A stretch of DNA of 64,000 nt from an uncultured Alphaproteobacteria bacterium. GTDB taxonomy: Bacteria; Pseudomonadota; Alphaproteobacteria; ATCC43930; CGMCC-115725. A model generated the notes under the pieces. The model saw only the letters and a program-made list of their open reading frames with translations. It was not told where the DNA came from and did no database searches. The stretch lies in the NCBI GenBank assembly GCA_963773665.1, contig CAVZBZ010000004.1:275430-339429 (forward strand). The letters run 5' to 3'. Shown here in pieces: positions 1 through 8,314 of the stretch (the stretch's first letter is position 1; the number at the start of each line of letters is the position of its first letter). Position numbers and translations under genes: made by a program.

Positions 1-998
1 CATGACGGGAAGCTCAGGAGAAAGAGCGCCGGCACCGCGAAATTGTTCTTGAAGGCGGCAAACCCGGCTGCGAATTGCGGCAGCTTGTCGACGCCGGCCG
101 CGATCGCCATGAACCCTACGAGCGCCAGAAGCCCGAGCATCAGTGAATAGCCGGGTAGAAGCGCGGCGTTGCGCCGGATCGCATGGCCGCTGTTCGCGCT
201 CAAGATGCCCGTGAGCGAGTGGGGATAGAGGAAGAGCGCGAGCGCCGAGCCCAGGGCGAGCGTCGAATAGACGCCGTAGGAGCCCCAGCCGGTGGCCGGC
301 GGCGCAGCCAGCAGCAGCTTCGCCTGCGGCACCGCGGCGAAGATCTTGCCGTAGCCGCCGAGTTCGACCGGTATGACGATGACCGCGGCGAATGCCGTGA
401 GATAGATCAGCGCATCCTTGACGATCGCGATCGCCGCCGGCGCGCGCAGCCCGCTCGAATAGGTGAATGCGGCGAGAATGACGAAGGCGATGACGAGCGG
501 CAGGTCGCCGACCCAGCCTGCGCCATAGACACCCATGGCGCCGATCACGACCTGCAAACCTACGAGCTGCAAGGCGATGTAGGGCATGGTGGCGACGATG
601 CCGGTGATCGCGACGGCGAGCGCGAGCCAGCGATTGCCATAGCGACCGCGCACGAAGTCGGCCGATGTGATGTAGCCGTGCTTGTGCGCGACGTTCCAGA
701 TGCGCGGAAAGACCAGGAACAGGATCGGATAGATCACGATCGTATAAGGCACGGCGAAGAACGCCACCGCGCCGGCGCCGAAAGCCAGGGCCGGAACTGC
801 GATGAAGGTGTAGGCCGTATAGAGGTCGCCGCCGACCAGGAACCACGTCACGACGGTGCCGAAGCGCCGCCCGCCCAGGCCCCATTCATGCAGTTGGTCG
901 AGATCGCCCTTGCGCCAACGCGCCGCGGCGAAGCCGAGCCAGGTGATGAACCCGAACAGCAATACGAAGACGATGAGCGCCGTCCAATTGACTGCCAC
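1..998 (-). CDS. sodium:solute symporter family transporter (N-terminal part; 3' end runs off the window)
   Basis: Absent from the ORF track because it has no in-window stop. My translation from GTG at 998 (GGAGGG about 7 nt upstream) reads VAVNWTALIVFVLLFGFITWLGF...GGDLYTAYTFIAVPAL... and stays open and hydrophobic down to position 1. It lies directly downstream of a DUF3311-type mini-protein, the usual partner of this symporter subfamily. Confidence 0.8.
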   Translation of the reverse strand, partial: MAVNWTALIVFVLLFGFITWLGFAAARWRKGDLDQLHEWGLGGRRFGTVVTWFLVGGDLYTAYTFIAVPALAFGAGAVAFFAVPYTIVIYPILFLVFPRIWNVAHKHGYITSADFVRGRYGNRWLALAVAITGIVATMPYIALQLVGLQVVIGAMGVYGAGWVGDLPLVIAFVILAAFTYSSGLRAPAAIAIVKDALIYLTAFAAVIVIPVELGGYGKIFAAVPQAKLLLAAPPATGWGSYGVYSTLALGSALALFLYPHSLTGILSANSGHAIRRNAALLPGYSLMLGLLALVGFMAIAAGVDKLPQFAAGFAAFKNNFAVPALFLLSFPS

Positions 999-1020
999 GC
1001 GACCCTCCTGTGCTTATCCC

Positions 1021-1236
1021 TCAGCGGCGACCGGATTCCGTGGCGAAATAGACGATCGCCGTCAGCACCGCGCCAATCAGCACCCAAAGAAGCTGATACC
1101 AATAAAAGAAGGGGATGCCGTGCCAGGAGGGCTCGGCCTTGTTGTAGAAAGGAGGCCACAGCACGACCACGAACTGCACGAGAAAGAGCAGGTACCACCA
1201 GCTCCATTCACGCGGCTTCGGCGTTGGGCTTTTCAT
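1021..1236 (-). CDS. DUF3311-like small membrane protein
   Basis: Internal ATG of ORF 1021..1320 (MKSPTPKPREWSWWYLLFLVQFVVVLWPPFYN...) with GGAGGGGAG upstream. Two hydrophobic helices. Positioned as the first gene of the symporter operon. Confidence 0.7.
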   Translation of the reverse strand: MKSPTPKPREWSWWYLLFLVQFVVVLWPPFYNKAEPSWHGIPFFYWYQLLWVLIGAVLTAIVYFATESGRR

Positions 1237-1575
1237 CCGGCGATCTCCCCTCCAACGCAGTTTATTATACTTGGCATTCAGACGACTTGGCCGCCCTGCC
1301 CGTCTGGCGGCGCATTTCATATATCATAAAATTTCCCAGCTCACAGCCCAGATTGCGCTGTGGTTACGAGCACGATGGTGCTGTCCGAGCGATTAGTTTC
1401 AGTCCGATTGCGCGCCATTCCTTGCGCGCCGCAGACCGCGCGCGTGCGCGAGGCGATGTCGCACGAGATCGACTCCTGCTTCGCGGACGAGGACGCCGAG
1501 CGTGTCATGCGCAAATTGGGCGAGCAACAGGTCCGGCGCCATCCGGCGATGAGCCGCGTGAACCGCGGCGTGTGC

Positions 1576-2007
1576 TTACGACTTGACCGCCGCCTGCTTG
1601 GCCGCCTCGAAGCGGCGCAGCATTTCCGCCGCCGTCTCCTCGTCGATCTCGCGCTCGGCGACGATGATGATCTCGCCCTCCTCTTCTTCGGCGTGCTCCT
1701 GCACCGCCTCCTCGAGCAGGGCGAGAAGATCGGCCTGCTCCTCGTCGTCGGCCTTGACGATTTCCGCCAGTAGCGCGCGCACCCTCCGATGATCGTCCTG
1801 CGCGCCCGTCACCTTGTCCTCCAGCGGCCCGAGCCTTTCGAGCACGGGATAAAACGCCTTTTCCTCGCCCTGCGCGTGTGCCTCGAGCGCATTCATCAGC
1901 TCGGCGATGAGCCGCGCCCGTTCGTCGCTTCGCTCGCAATCCGCGATTTTCTCGAACAGCGTATCGAACGCGTCGTGATCGTCCCTGATGGCTTGCCAGA
2001 TATCCAT
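1576..2007 (-). CDS. hemerythrin-like (HHE cation-binding) domain protein
   Basis: C-terminal 143 aa of ORF 1576..3390, starting MDIWQAIRDDHDAFDTLFEKI.... His/Glu-rich helical pattern. The rest of the 604-aa ORF is antisense to the LLM gene and is spurious. Confidence 0.7.
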   Translation of the reverse strand: MDIWQAIRDDHDAFDTLFEKIADCERSDERARLIAELMNALEAHAQGEEKAFYPVLERLGPLEDKVTGAQDDHRRVRALLAEIVKADDEEQADLLALLEEAVQEHAEEEEGEIIIVAEREIDEETAAEMLRRFEAAKQAAVKS

Positions 2008-2154
2008 TTGCCGCCTCGATGAAGCGGCGCCCGTGCGCCGCCTCAGGAGCAACGCCCATATCCCCGGTCCGTTCCTCGCCCGCGGCCTCGGGGTTTGAAC
2101 TCGGGCGGGCTTTTTGTCATTGTGCCGGAGCGAGGCCGCGCGGAGGATGCGCCC

Positions 2155-3327
2155 ATGAAGATCTTCAACTTCCACTTGATGCCGTACGCTGATGCCGATC
2201 TCGATGCGATCGAGAAGAATGGCTCGGCCTGGATCACCTTCTCGAACCGCAACTACGATCCGGTGAAGGGCGCCGAGCTCTATCATCGCTATCTCGACGA
2301 GCTCGAATATGCCGACAAGCTCGGCTTCGACGGCGTCGTCCTCAACGAGCATCACCAGACGGCCTATGGGCTGATGCCGACGCCGGGCGTGCTTGCGGGC
2401 GCGCTCGCGCGGAGCGTCAAGCGCGCGACGATCGCGGTCCTGGGCCGTGCGCTGCCGCTGCTCAACAACCCGCTCGTCGTCGCCGAGGAATTCGCGATGC
2501 TCGACAACCTCGCGCGCGGGCGGTTCATCGCCGGGTTCGTGCGCGGCATCGGCGCCGAATACCATTCGACCGGCATGAACCCCACGGAATCGCAGGACCG
2601 GTTCAACGAGGCGCACGATCTCATCATCCGCGCGTGGACCGAGCCGGGGCCGTTCCGCTATGCCGGCCGCCATTACCGCTTCGAATACGTCAATCCCTGG
2701 CCGCGCCCGTACCAGAATCCGCATCCGCCGATCTGGATCCCCTCGCAAGGATCGAGCTCGACGATCAAGTGGGCGGCCAAGATGCGCTACACCTATTGCC
2801 AGACGCTGAGCCCGATCGCGGCGGTCGCGCGCTTCTTCCAGATGTATCGCGACGAGGCCGAGAAATCGGGCTATCAGGCCACGCCCGATCAGCTCGCCTG
2901 GTCGAACTCGATCTATGTCGCCGAGACCGACGCGAAGGCGATCCGCGAGGCGAAGCCGCATCTCGAGGCGCTCGCCAACCGCTTCCTCAAGATGCCGACC
3001 GAGATGCTGCTGCCGCCGGGCTATACCAGCAACGAGTCGCTGAAGCGCATCCGCGCCGTCAAGACCACCGGCAAGCCGCAGACCGCCGAGGACTTGGTCA
3101 AGATGGGCGTCGTCATCGTCGGCAGCCCGGCGACGGTGCGCGAGAAGCTCGCCGAGTACCAGGACCTCGCCGGCTTCAACACGTCGCTCACCAAGACCCA
3201 GTTCGGGACATTGCCCGCCGACATGGTGAAGGCGAATCAGGAAGCGATCGCGGCCGAAATCCTGCCCTATTTCCGCGACCGCGTGCCCGCCAAGGCGCAG
3301 CCGGCCGCTGTTGCTGCAGCGCAATAA
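2155..3327 (+). CDS. LLM-class (luciferase-like) flavin-dependent oxidoreductase
   Basis: MKIFNFHLMPY...VVLNEHHQTAYG...FIAGFVRG pattern. The ATG at 2155 is preceded by GGAGGA. Confidence 0.85.
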   Translation: MKIFNFHLMPYADADLDAIEKNGSAWITFSNRNYDPVKGAELYHRYLDELEYADKLGFDGVVLNEHHQTAYGLMPTPGVLAGALARSVKRATIAVLGRALPLLNNPLVVAEEFAMLDNLARGRFIAGFVRGIGAEYHSTGMNPTESQDRFNEAHDLIIRAWTEPGPFRYAGRHYRFEYVNPWPRPYQNPHPPIWIPSQGSSSTIKWAAKMRYTYCQTLSPIAAVARFFQMYRDEAEKSGYQATPDQLAWSNSIYVAETDAKAIREAKPHLEALANRFLKMPTEMLLPPGYTSNESLKRIRAVKTTGKPQTAEDLVKMGVVIVGSPATVREKLAEYQDLAGFNTSLTKTQFGTLPADMVKANQEAIAAEILPYFRDRVPAKAQPAAVAAAQ

Positions 3328-3396
3328 AGGCGATGCATTGCTGACCTGCCGGGGGGTTGCTTGACCGGCGCGCCGCCGGCCGCGCATCATGCGTCC

Positions 3397-4605
3397 ATGC
3401 CGCGGCGCGAATTACGGGTCAATCTATTGATCTCGATGGGACACACGCTGTCCCATTTCTATTTCCTGTGCCTGCCGCCGCTGTTCATCGTGTGGCAGCG
3501 CGATTTCGGCATCAGCTTCGCCGAACTCGGCCTCGCCGTCGTGGTGATGAGCATCATGTCGGCCTCGCTCCAGACGCCGATCGGGTTCCTGGTCGACCGC
3601 TATGGCGCGCGGCCGTTCCTGATCGGCGGCACGCTGCTCATGTCGCTGGCGATCTCGGGCATGGCGTTCGCGACCAGCTATTGGCAGGTGGTGGCGCTCG
3701 CGACGGTGTCGGGCATCGGCAATGCCGTGTTCCATCCGTCCGACTACTCGATCCTCGCCGGCTCGATCGCCAAGGAGCGCATCGGCCGCTCCTTCGCGCT
3801 GCACAGCTTCACGGGAAACATCGGGTTCGCGTTGGCGCCGCCGGTCGTGGCCGGCCTCATGCTGGTCATGGGCTGGCGCGAGGCGCTGTTCATTCTGGGC
3901 CTTTTGGGCCTGCCGGTGGCGTGCGCCGTGATCTGGCAGAGCTCGATCCTCCAGGACGAGGCCAGGCGCGACAAGAAGAAGGAGGGCCGGCTCACGGTGC
4001 GCGACCTCGTGCTCGACCGCACCATGCTGCTGTTCTTCGCGTTCTATCTGCTCGGCTCGATGGCGGGGAGCGGCGTCCAGGCCTGGCTCATTACCGTGCT
4101 GCACCAGGTGAAGGGGATCGAGATCGCGCTCGCCTCGGCGGCGCTCACCGCATACTTGCTCGGATCGGCGGCGGGCGTGCTGTTCGGCGGCTGGGCGACC
4201 GACCGCGCCAAGTCCCATCGCCATCTTTCGACCTTCGTCATCGCGCTGACGAGCCTGTCGGCCGTGACCACGCTGCTGGTCGGCGTGACGCCGGTCGGAG
4301 GGGTCGTGGCGATCGCGATGATGTTCTTCTCCGGCCTCTGCCTCGGCGGCAGCCGGACGCCGCGCGACGTGATGCTGAAGGACGCCGCACCGCCGGGCGA
4401 GATCGGCAAGGTGTTCGGCTATATCAGCGCATCGCTGCCCTTGGGCAGCGCGCTCGTGCCGGTGCCGTTCGGGTTTTTGATCGACCACGGCCATCCCGAA
4501 TACGTGCTCGTCGTGGCCGCCATCCTGCTCGCCGGAAGCCTGTTCTGCATGGGCTCGGCCAAGGCCTCGATCAAACAGCGCACGGTGCCGGCGCCGGCCG
4601 AGTGA
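3397..4605 (+). CDS. MFS transporter
   Basis: About 12 hydrophobic segments and an MFS-type loop (FLVDRYGARP). The start could be TTG 3361 or ATG 3397. Confidence 0.85.
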   Translation: MPRRELRVNLLISMGHTLSHFYFLCLPPLFIVWQRDFGISFAELGLAVVVMSIMSASLQTPIGFLVDRYGARPFLIGGTLLMSLAISGMAFATSYWQVVALATVSGIGNAVFHPSDYSILAGSIAKERIGRSFALHSFTGNIGFALAPPVVAGLMLVMGWREALFILGLLGLPVACAVIWQSSILQDEARRDKKKEGRLTVRDLVLDRTMLLFFAFYLLGSMAGSGVQAWLITVLHQVKGIEIALASAALTAYLLGSAAGVLFGGWATDRAKSHRHLSTFVIALTSLSAVTTLLVGVTPVGGVVAIAMMFFSGLCLGGSRTPRDVMLKDAAPPGEIGKVFGYISASLPLGSALVPVPFGFLIDHGHPEYVLVVAAILLAGSLFCMGSAKASIKQRTVPAPAE

Positions 4606-4715
4606 TCCGGCATTATGCAGTAGCCTCCGGTGATGTTGCGCCGATGCTCGCCGTAGACGTACGATGCCCCCAAAACAACCGGGGGGCGTACCTCCCGCAC
4701 CATTGGGGGGACGAC

Positions 4716-5648
4716 ATGGCTCGGCCAAGGCCGTTTCTGTTTTGCCGATACCGGCTGCTCGTCAACGATGATCCGCTTAACGCACGCGCTCAGCTACAGG
4801 CGCTTACAGAGTTACAGGGTCAATATTTCGCTGCCAGCGCCGCCGCTGAGCGGCAAGGGCGACGCGACAGCGCCATATTCCGCGCGCGTACGCTCGTTGC
4901 TAAAGGCGAGCGCGCGATTACATGGTCCGTCGGGCGCAAGGTCGGCACGCGAATAACGGTCGAACCCAATGATGATGGCTCTGCGTTGCAAATGGGAAAC
5001 GTTCCGGACCGAGGCGTTCATTACTCGGATTTCGTTGCCATTCCTCGGCTTGGGGCGCTGGCCGTAGACGACCGTAGCGGCGAGCCGCATTTAGGCGGCA
5101 AAGCCGCGATCAATCGCTTCCAAGCTGTCTTTGAGCATCTTCCTGGCGCAGCATCGGAGATTTCGCAGACCACGACCAACGCGGAAGTTCAACGAGCGCT
5201 CAGGCGATGGCAGCTGACCGAATTTTCTTTCGTAGTTCGCCCGGCAAATCCTCATCCGCCCAGTGATCTATCGGAAGAATTGAGCGAGGAATATCGCAAG
5301 GATAGGATTGGGCTCGAGCGCGGGATGTTTCGTCCGCGTCCCGGAGAGCAGATGCGTCCCTCCGAGGATGGCCCGATTGCGGCTGTGAGAGAATTGGCTG
5401 ACGACGGGTATGGCCAGTACGCCTTCAAGGGCGTTACGCCGGATGGCCACAGCGCACAGATTAAGGCCCCGAAATTCGACGAAAGCAAAGCCAAGAACCA
5501 AGAGCGGCAGGCGCAACCTCGCGAGCTGCGGATCGTTATTGAAACGGACGTGGATGTAGATGACGCGGTTCTGCGCAATGCGATCACTGCGCTAGGTCCT
5601 GTTTACAAAGTAGCGAGACGTAGGCATCTGCGGATGGTAGCGAGATGA
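4716..5648 (+). CDS. hypothetical soluble protein (island gene A); native 3' end displaced by the IS insertion
   Basis: In-frame ATG at 4716 within track ORF 3357..5648, with a GGGGGGA Shine-Dalgarno sequence. Lower-G+C codon usage than the neighbours, no TM segments, and no family I recognise. The reading frame runs 57 nt into the IS. Deleting the IS restores ...NAITALGQFYG-stop, which overlaps the next start codon. Confidence 0.6.
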   Translation: MARPRPFLFCRYRLLVNDDPLNARAQLQALTELQGQYFAASAAAERQGRRDSAIFRARTLVAKGERAITWSVGRKVGTRITVEPNDDGSALQMGNVPDRGVHYSDFVAIPRLGALAVDDRSGEPHLGGKAAINRFQAVFEHLPGAASEISQTTTNAEVQRALRRWQLTEFSFVVRPANPHPPSDLSEELSEEYRKDRIGLERGMFRPRPGEQMRPSEDGPIAAVRELADDGYGQYAFKGVTPDGHSAQIKAPKFDESKAKNQERQAQPRELRIVIETDVDVDDAVLRNAITALGPVYKVARRRHLRMVAR

Positions 5649-6451
5649 AGGGTATCGAGGAAGGAGCGCGCGAGCTTGTCATATCGGGTGGCGATGGCGC
5701 GGTTCACCTTGAGATGGCCGATCATTCGCTCGATGCGGTTGCGCTCGCGGTAGATGCGTTGGTTCCAGCGGATTGCGTAGATGCGATGGGACCGCGGCGG
5801 GATAACGGCGCGGATGCCGCGTCGGTGGAGCGCAGCGCGGATGGGATCGGTGTCGTAACCCTTGTCGGCGAGCAGATGAGCCGGGCGCGCCGGAGCGCGC
5901 GCGGTCACGGTTTCGAAGGCCGTGCAGTCCGCCGCTTCGCCGCCGGTGAGATGAAAGACGAGCGGGATGCCGTGGGCATCACTGAGACAATGAACTTTAC
6001 AGGTGAACCCGCCCCGCGAGCGGCCAAAAGCCTGTTCGCGAGTCCCCCTTTTGCGCCGGCTGCCGAGACGTGGCCTCGGACCGTCGTCGAGTCGATGCTG
6101 TGGCGGGAGTTGTCCGCCATCGCCCGGGCCAGCCTGGAGGCGACCGCCTCCCAGACGCCGGCCTGGCTCCAGCGTCGAAAGCGTTGGTACACGGTGATCC
6201 ATTTGCCGTACTTCTCGGGAACATCGCGCCACGGCGCGCCCGTGCGCAGGCGCCACAATATGCCGTTCACAATGGTCCGGTTGTCATGCGCAGGCCGGCT
6301 ATTCCGGCCGCGCTCGGCCGGCAACAGGTCTTTCAGCAGCCACCACTCCGCTTCGCTCAAATCGCCTCGACTCAACGACCCCTCCTCTCCAAGAGGAATC
6401 CTTGAATCAGAAGGCGATTCCCGCGTCAATAAGTTTGTAAACAGGACCTAG
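5592..6451 (-). mobile_element. IS5-family insertion sequence (IS427-like organisation, two overlapping transposase frames)
   Basis: Perfect 18-bp terminal inverted repeats: ctaggtcctgtttacaaa at 5592-5609 and tttgtaaacaggacctag at 6434-6451. The outer CTAG (or its TA core) may be the target duplication. The transposase stop codon lies inside the left repeat. Confidence 0.9.
5603..6429 (-). CDS. IS5-family transposase, orfA/orfB joined by a probable programmed -1 frameshift
   Basis: orfA (5905..6429) reads ...LSRGDLSEAEWWLLKDLLPAE...NGILWRLRTGAPWRDVPEKYG. orfB (5603..6256) reads ...GRSRGGFTCKVHCLSDAHG...LLADKGYD...YRERNRIERMIGHLK. The frames overlap at gcAAAAGGGGGAct (plus-strand 6043-6054), an A-run/G-run slip candidate. 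Confidence 0.85.
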
Positions 6452-6460
6452 GGCAATTTT

Positions 6461-7069
6461 ATGGCTGACGAACCGCTCGAACGGCCACGGTTTCTGCCGT
6501 CGTACATAGACGCGGTTGCGCAGAGCGCCCGAAAGCGCGGATGGCGAGCGCTGTGCCCATCATGGCTCGCCGCGTGCGGTGCCGGCGCCGCCGCAACGAC
6601 CTATTTCATGCCATACAACTTTTGGTCAGACGAGCGCCTAGACGTTTCTGTCGTTGTATATATCGGGATTTTGACGCTGAACGGGTTGATTCTGACCCTC
6701 AGCTGGAACGCGTTCTCCCGCATCTATGAAGCCATTAGTTCGCCGCGATTTGCCTCTTATCTGATGGCCAAGAAACTGATGAACCGATATATCGTGTATA
6801 TCGGTTACGTGCATGTTGCGCAGCTGGCCGCGATCATCACAAGTGCTGCAGGGCTTCTGTTGCTACTCTGCTCGATTGAGGAAGTGGCATATAATCGAAC
6901 CGCTTTTGCCGTAATGATCGCGGCATCGGCTTACGCCATCGTTACAGCGGCGAGAGCTGTAGAGGTCGTCCACGATCTCATCTGGCAGAAAGCAATATTT
7001 GACGATTTTATCGCTCGCCAAGAGGGTAAAAACGTCGTGCCCTTTGGCCGCAACAATGACGCGGTATAG
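6461..7069 (+). CDS. hypothetical integral membrane protein (island gene B), 3-4 TM helices
   Basis: 202 aa. Hydrophobic stretches are VSVVVYIGILTLNGLILTLSWNAF, YIVYIGYVHVAQLAAIITSAAGLLLLLC and AFAVMIAASAYAIVTAARAV. A/T-rich codons. The ATG overlapped the ancestral stop of gene A (ATGGCTGA). Confidence 0.65.
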   Translation: MADEPLERPRFLPSYIDAVAQSARKRGWRALCPSWLAACGAGAAATTYFMPYNFWSDERLDVSVVVYIGILTLNGLILTLSWNAFSRIYEAISSPRFASYLMAKKLMNRYIVYIGYVHVAQLAAIITSAAGLLLLLCSIEEVAYNRTAFAVMIAASAYAIVTAARAVEVVHDLIWQKAIFDDFIARQEGKNVVPFGRNNDAV

Positions 7070-7419
7070 AGCGTCCCTATAAATCTTCGAGCCTCACGCC
7101 CTCCAGTTCCAGCGCCGCAATGCAGGCCAGGAAGAACGTTGCCGCGTGGAGAAAACTGTCACGAAGCGCATCAGCGCGTGCTTGCGGCACCGCGGCACCA
7201 TCGGAACAAGGGGTTACTGCGGTCGCGCGGCGGCATCGGCAACCGCATTGTCTGGGGCGTTGTTCCCAAGAGCGAATCGCGCGCGAGATTCGCACGAAAT
7301 TCGCGCATGCCCAGCATCGTGCCCGCGCAAGCCATTGATCCCGTTAACGATTCGCAGCCATGTTGCGGTGCGCCCGCGCGTGTCTATATGTCTTTGCCCC
7401 TCATCGTGGCGAGGGATGC

Positions 7420-8061
7420 ATGGACGCGACCTACAATCTCAATGGCGGCTTCAAGCCAACGACAAAGCGATCGGCCGATCTTGATGGCCCAGATTTCTTC
7501 CCGACGCCGAGATGGGCAACGCACGCACTGATTGACAACGAGCCATTTCGCGGCGGCATCTGGGAGTGTGCTTGTGGCGATGGCTCTATGTCCGAAGTTC
7601 TCGCCGAAACCGGAAATCCTGTCGAAAGTTCCGATCTATTCGACCGAGGCTATGGCGAGATCGGCATAGATTTCCTGCACACAACGCGCCGTGCGAAGAA
7701 CATCATCACGAACCCACCCTACAACAGCGCCGAGGGCTTCGTCTCGACAGCGCTGAAGCAGGCAGAGAACAAGTTTGCGCTGTTGCTGAGGCTTGCATTT
7801 CTTGAAGGCGCGAACCGGGCGAAGACGATCTTCCATGTCACGCCGCCCAGCCGTGTATGGGTGTTCAGCGAGCGCATCACCTTCTACATGAAGAATGCCA
7901 AGATCGCTGGCAGCGGGACAACCGCCTACGCGTGGTTTGTCTGGGACAAGCATCATACAGGACCAACCGAATTGGCGTGGTTCAAACCGGGATATAAGGC
8001 CCGATACAGCGGCACAACTACTTCTTCAGTGACTCGACAAGGCGCTTTCCTGCCGCCGTGA
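7420..8061 (+). CDS. orphan DNA N6-adenine methyltransferase, gamma-class motif order, very short target-recognition region
   Basis: Motif order is FFPTP (motif X), then ECACGDG (motif I, SAM pocket), then NPPY (motif IV). ATG at 7420 with GAGGGA upstream. About 213 aa. No restriction endonuclease gene is adjacent. Confidence 0.7.
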   Translation: MDATYNLNGGFKPTTKRSADLDGPDFFPTPRWATHALIDNEPFRGGIWECACGDGSMSEVLAETGNPVESSDLFDRGYGEIGIDFLHTTRRAKNIITNPPYNSAEGFVSTALKQAENKFALLLRLAFLEGANRAKTIFHVTPPSRVWVFSERITFYMKNAKIAGSGTTAYAWFVWDKHHTGPTELAWFKPGYKARYSGTTTSSVTRQGAFLPP

Positions 8062-8314
8062 TCTTGAACCCGCGATAGATTTCGACGGCTAATCCGGCTT
8101 TCACGAGCGTTTTGTGGCTCTTGAGATTGCGGACCTTCTGCGAAAATTTCGTATCGGATCGCTGCTCCAATATCTCGGCATCTTCGCCTTCTGGCTTAAA
8201 TTGCGAACTAAGCGCCTCAATGATTTCCGTCGTCTTCATCTCGCCGTCAGGGGCGTTATAAAGAAGCTCCAAAGTCGGGATCACCAGTTCAGGCTCAGGA
8301 ATGCGCTTGGGCAT
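8018..8314 (-). CDS. stand-alone winged-helix protein resembling the N-terminal DNA-reader domain of Mrr-type restriction enzymes
   Basis: MPKRIPEPELVIPTLELLYNAPDGEMKTTEIIEALSSQFKPEGEDAEILEQRSDTKFSQKVRNLKSHKTLVKAGL... matches my recollection of the Mrr_N pattern. GGAGG lies about 9 nt upstream of ATG 8314. The 3' end overlaps the methyltransferase 3' end by 44 nt. Confidence 0.55.
   Translation of the reverse strand: MPKRIPEPELVIPTLELLYNAPDGEMKTTEIIEALSSQFKPEGEDAEILEQRSDTKFSQKVRNLKSHKTLVKAGLAVEIYRGFKITAAGKRLVESLKK

Noticed and set aside
183-1586. 467-aa plus-strand ORF
   Set aside because: It is antisense to the symporter and DUF3311 genes. Its Arg/Asp/Gly-rich composition is typical of off-frame reading of high-G+C DNA, and it has no RBS.
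1576-3390. 604-aa minus-strand ORF
   Set aside because: Only the terminal 143 aa (the hemerythrin-like protein) are credible. The rest is antisense to the LLM oxidoreductase.
4667-4686. CCCCC-N9-GGGGGG hairpin after the MFS gene as a terminator
   Set aside because: The stem is only 5-6 bp, there is no U-tract, and it lies inside the putative promoter/RBS region of gene A. The evidence is too weak to annotate.
4716-7069. Assigning the A/B pair to Kiwa (KwaA/KwaB) or another named defence system
   Set aside because: The gene order is reversed relative to Kiwa, and I cannot verify DUF4868 or any other signature by eye. I kept the pair as an unclassified candidate.
7077-7531. Three short ORFs (7077..7295 minus, 7139..7531 plus, 7146..7484 plus) in the island gap
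   Set aside because: They have no Shine-Dalgarno sequence, a Cys/Arg-rich composition, they overlap each other, and none resembles a known fold. I treated the region as non-coding and possibly regulatory.
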